Below are positions 32,324-33,928 of a DNA stretch of 33,928 nucleotides, in pieces. Numbering within the stretch: position 1 is the stretch's first letter; every line of letters starts with the position of its first letter. This DNA comes from an uncultured virus (IMG/VR IMGVR_UViG_2687453470_000001). Its lineage: Duplodnaviria; Heunggongvirae; Uroviricota; Caudoviricetes. The stretch is from the IMG/VR virus record IMGVR_UViG_2687453470_000001. One strand, 5' to 3'. The position numbers and the translations under genes are program-made. The notes below the pieces were generated by a model, which made no database searches, was not told the DNA's origin, and saw only the letters and a list, made by a program, of their open reading frames with translations.

Positions 32324-33928
32324 TTACTTTTCAATATGATAGTTCTCATCAAAATAATAGTTATCAGAAATATCTAACCACGCTTTTAATTCATGCTCAA
32401 ATTCAAGTACTCGGTTTTTAAACAACCGAATAACTTTATTTTTCTTAAAGCTGAAATGTGAAGCTTCAGGTGGTAATTCACTCCAGTCTACTTCACCATG
32501 TTCAACAAACCAGTCCTCCCAGGCAATTTGAATCTCTGTGATATAGAACTCTTGCTTTTCTTTGTTCCATGCAAAAGGGAAGGGCGTATTTAGTTTCTTA
32601 ACATGTTTTCGGATGAAGTACTTACTTTGTTTATGTGTCTCTATAAATTTTTCCAGTTGAGTTTTGATAAAATTGTATGGAACATCAATTTCTAAATTTT
32701 CCGAAACTTCAAAGGCCTCAAACGTGTCAATTTCTGAGATTACCCGTTGTTTCTTATTCCATTCCTTATAGTGATTATTATAATCAGCTTCGGCTACACT
32801 CATAGCTTCAGCAAAATCTAATCGACGTCCACGTTTTTTCAGATTCACATACCGTTTTAAAGTATTCCATGATTCATGCAAGGTGATCGTTTGTAGTTTT
32901 GGAATCGAAAACCCGTCTTCCGCATATCTTGTAGCAGCTTCATGCCGTAAATCATGAAAGCGTAAATCCTCAATTTCTAGCGCATTACAAGCACGTGTAA
33001 AATAAACAGAGACTGTTCTTGAATTAACCGGAATAAGTAACTGATCTGAATAACCAAGTTCTAAGATTCGTTTACGGGTATCATGCTCTAAAAATTTATT
33101 TGCGAGCTCAATTGCCTTAGGCTCAAAGTGGGCATATTTGTGATTACCTTCAGATCCATCGGGATGCTTTGCATCACGTACCAGCCATTGTGAATTTGCC
33201 CGATCAAAGTCCGTCAAACGTAGAGTACACATCTCATCTTCACGTCTACCCGAGTAAATCGCGAACCACATAATAAGATGCATTGGGACAGATTTTTTCT
33301 TACGCTTCCATGTTTTATAAAAAAAAGTCGTCAAGGCTTGCAATTCTTCATCTGTTGGCAGGCGGTCACGTAATTTGCTCTTTGTAACTATTCGGGCCTT
33401 GGTTAAGCCGATTAATGCTTTCTCAAATTCTGAAATAACATTTTCAAGGGGCTCACCCCAAACGAATTGAGCGTGGACCAATACAGCTTTTATATGGCTT
33501 AAATCTTTCAATGCGGTGGAAGGTGCAACCCCATCACGACCAGTGATTGGATCTCCTTTACGTCTCCAGATAGCAAAGTCAGAAAAATCTTGTCGTGTTA
33601 ATGAATAGATATTTTTCTCTGAAATCTCTAAACTAGCGATAAATTTCAAAGCACTTGTTTTTGATTCCGCGAAATTATCCGCCTCATCTAAATATTGAGT
33701 AATAAATTCAGCTAAAGTTTTATGCTTAAGTTCCGCATCCGGATTTAGCATCTTTTCTGGATTCAACTCAATTTCAGCTTCAGTTCTTTTTATCCACTCA
33801 TCAGCTAGTGATTTCTTACTGAATGTCTTTGATGCTTTATACGGTGGATAACCTTCACGTTGAACTCGAACTTGTGCTCTGTAGCGTACTGTGCCGTTTT
33901 TAAGTTGACGTTTAGTGACTGTTCCCAC
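32324..33928 (-). CDS. int: Tyrosine recombinase / phage integrase with long C-terminal extension
   Basis: N-terminal YRAQVR arm domain; catalytic set SGRREDE, DAKHP, FHDLRHEA, LHESW..LKRY; GTG start at the window edge. Confidence 0.93.
   Translation of the reverse strand: MGTVTKRQLKNGTVRYRAQVRVQREGYPPYKASKTFSKKSLADEWIKRTEAEIELNPEKMLNPDAELKHKTLAEFITQYLDEADNFAESKTSALKFIASLEISEKNIYSLTRQDFSDFAIWRRKGDPITGRDGVAPSTALKDLSHIKAVLVHAQFVWGEPLENVISEFEKALIGLTKARIVTKSKLRDRLPTDEELQALTTFFYKTWKRKKKSVPMHLIMWFAIYSGRREDEMCTLRLTDFDRANSQWLVRDAKHPDGSEGNHKYAHFEPKAIELANKFLEHDTRKRILELGYSDQLLIPVNSRTVSVYFTRACNALEIEDLRFHDLRHEAATRYAEDGFSIPKLQTITLHESWNTLKRYVNLKKRGRRLDFAEAMSVAEADYNNHYKEWNKKQRVISEIDTFEAFEVSENLEIDVPYNFIKTQLEKFIETHKQSKYFIRKHVKKLNTPFPFAWNKEKQEFYITEIQIAWEDWFVEHGEVDWSELPPEASHFSFKKNKVIRLFKNRVLEFEHELKAWLDISDNYYFDENYHIEK

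Larger units (their letters stand above)
1..33928. mobile_element. Temperate siphovirus-type prophage, late region through integrase (both ends lie beyond the window)
   Basis: Colinear portal-head-tail-tip-lysis gene order on +, followed by a tyrosine integrase; no host housekeeping genes. Confidence 0.97.

Noticed and set aside
32069..33928. attachment site near the integrase
   Set aside because: No tRNA fragment or duplicated core is identifiable; the window ends at the integrase start codon, so att cannot be assessed

Overview
The whole window is the late (morphogenesis and lysis) half plus the integrase end of a temperate long-tailed (siphovirus-type, lambda-like tail tip) prophage. AT-richness and the protein families recall Acinetobacter (baumannii-group) prophages; this is recognition from memory, not a database result. 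Gene order on +: portal (5'-truncated), MuF/gp7-like minor head protein, scaffold, major capsid, head-tail joining genes, tail tube, tail chaperone with a lambda G/GT-type -1 frameshift, tape measure with an SLT domain, lambda M/L/K/I/J-like tail tip genes (J is a 3339-aa modular fibre with a 921-bp tandem duplication), two tip accessory genes, two holin-like genes, and a GH108 endolysin. Terminator-bounded accessory genes are interleaved: a secreted protein, a small helical-hairpin protein resembling Acb2/Tad1-type nucleotide sponges, a HExxH metallopeptidase-like gene, a hicAB toxin-antitoxin cassette with promoter and operator, and a lipoprotein. After the endolysin come a DUF6527-like gene and an unannotated 32-codon lipoprotein ORF. 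The right end carries three minus-strand accessory genes, a small + gene, and a tyrosine integrase with an unusually long C-terminal extension. No att site, CRISPR array, tRNA or IS element was recognised.
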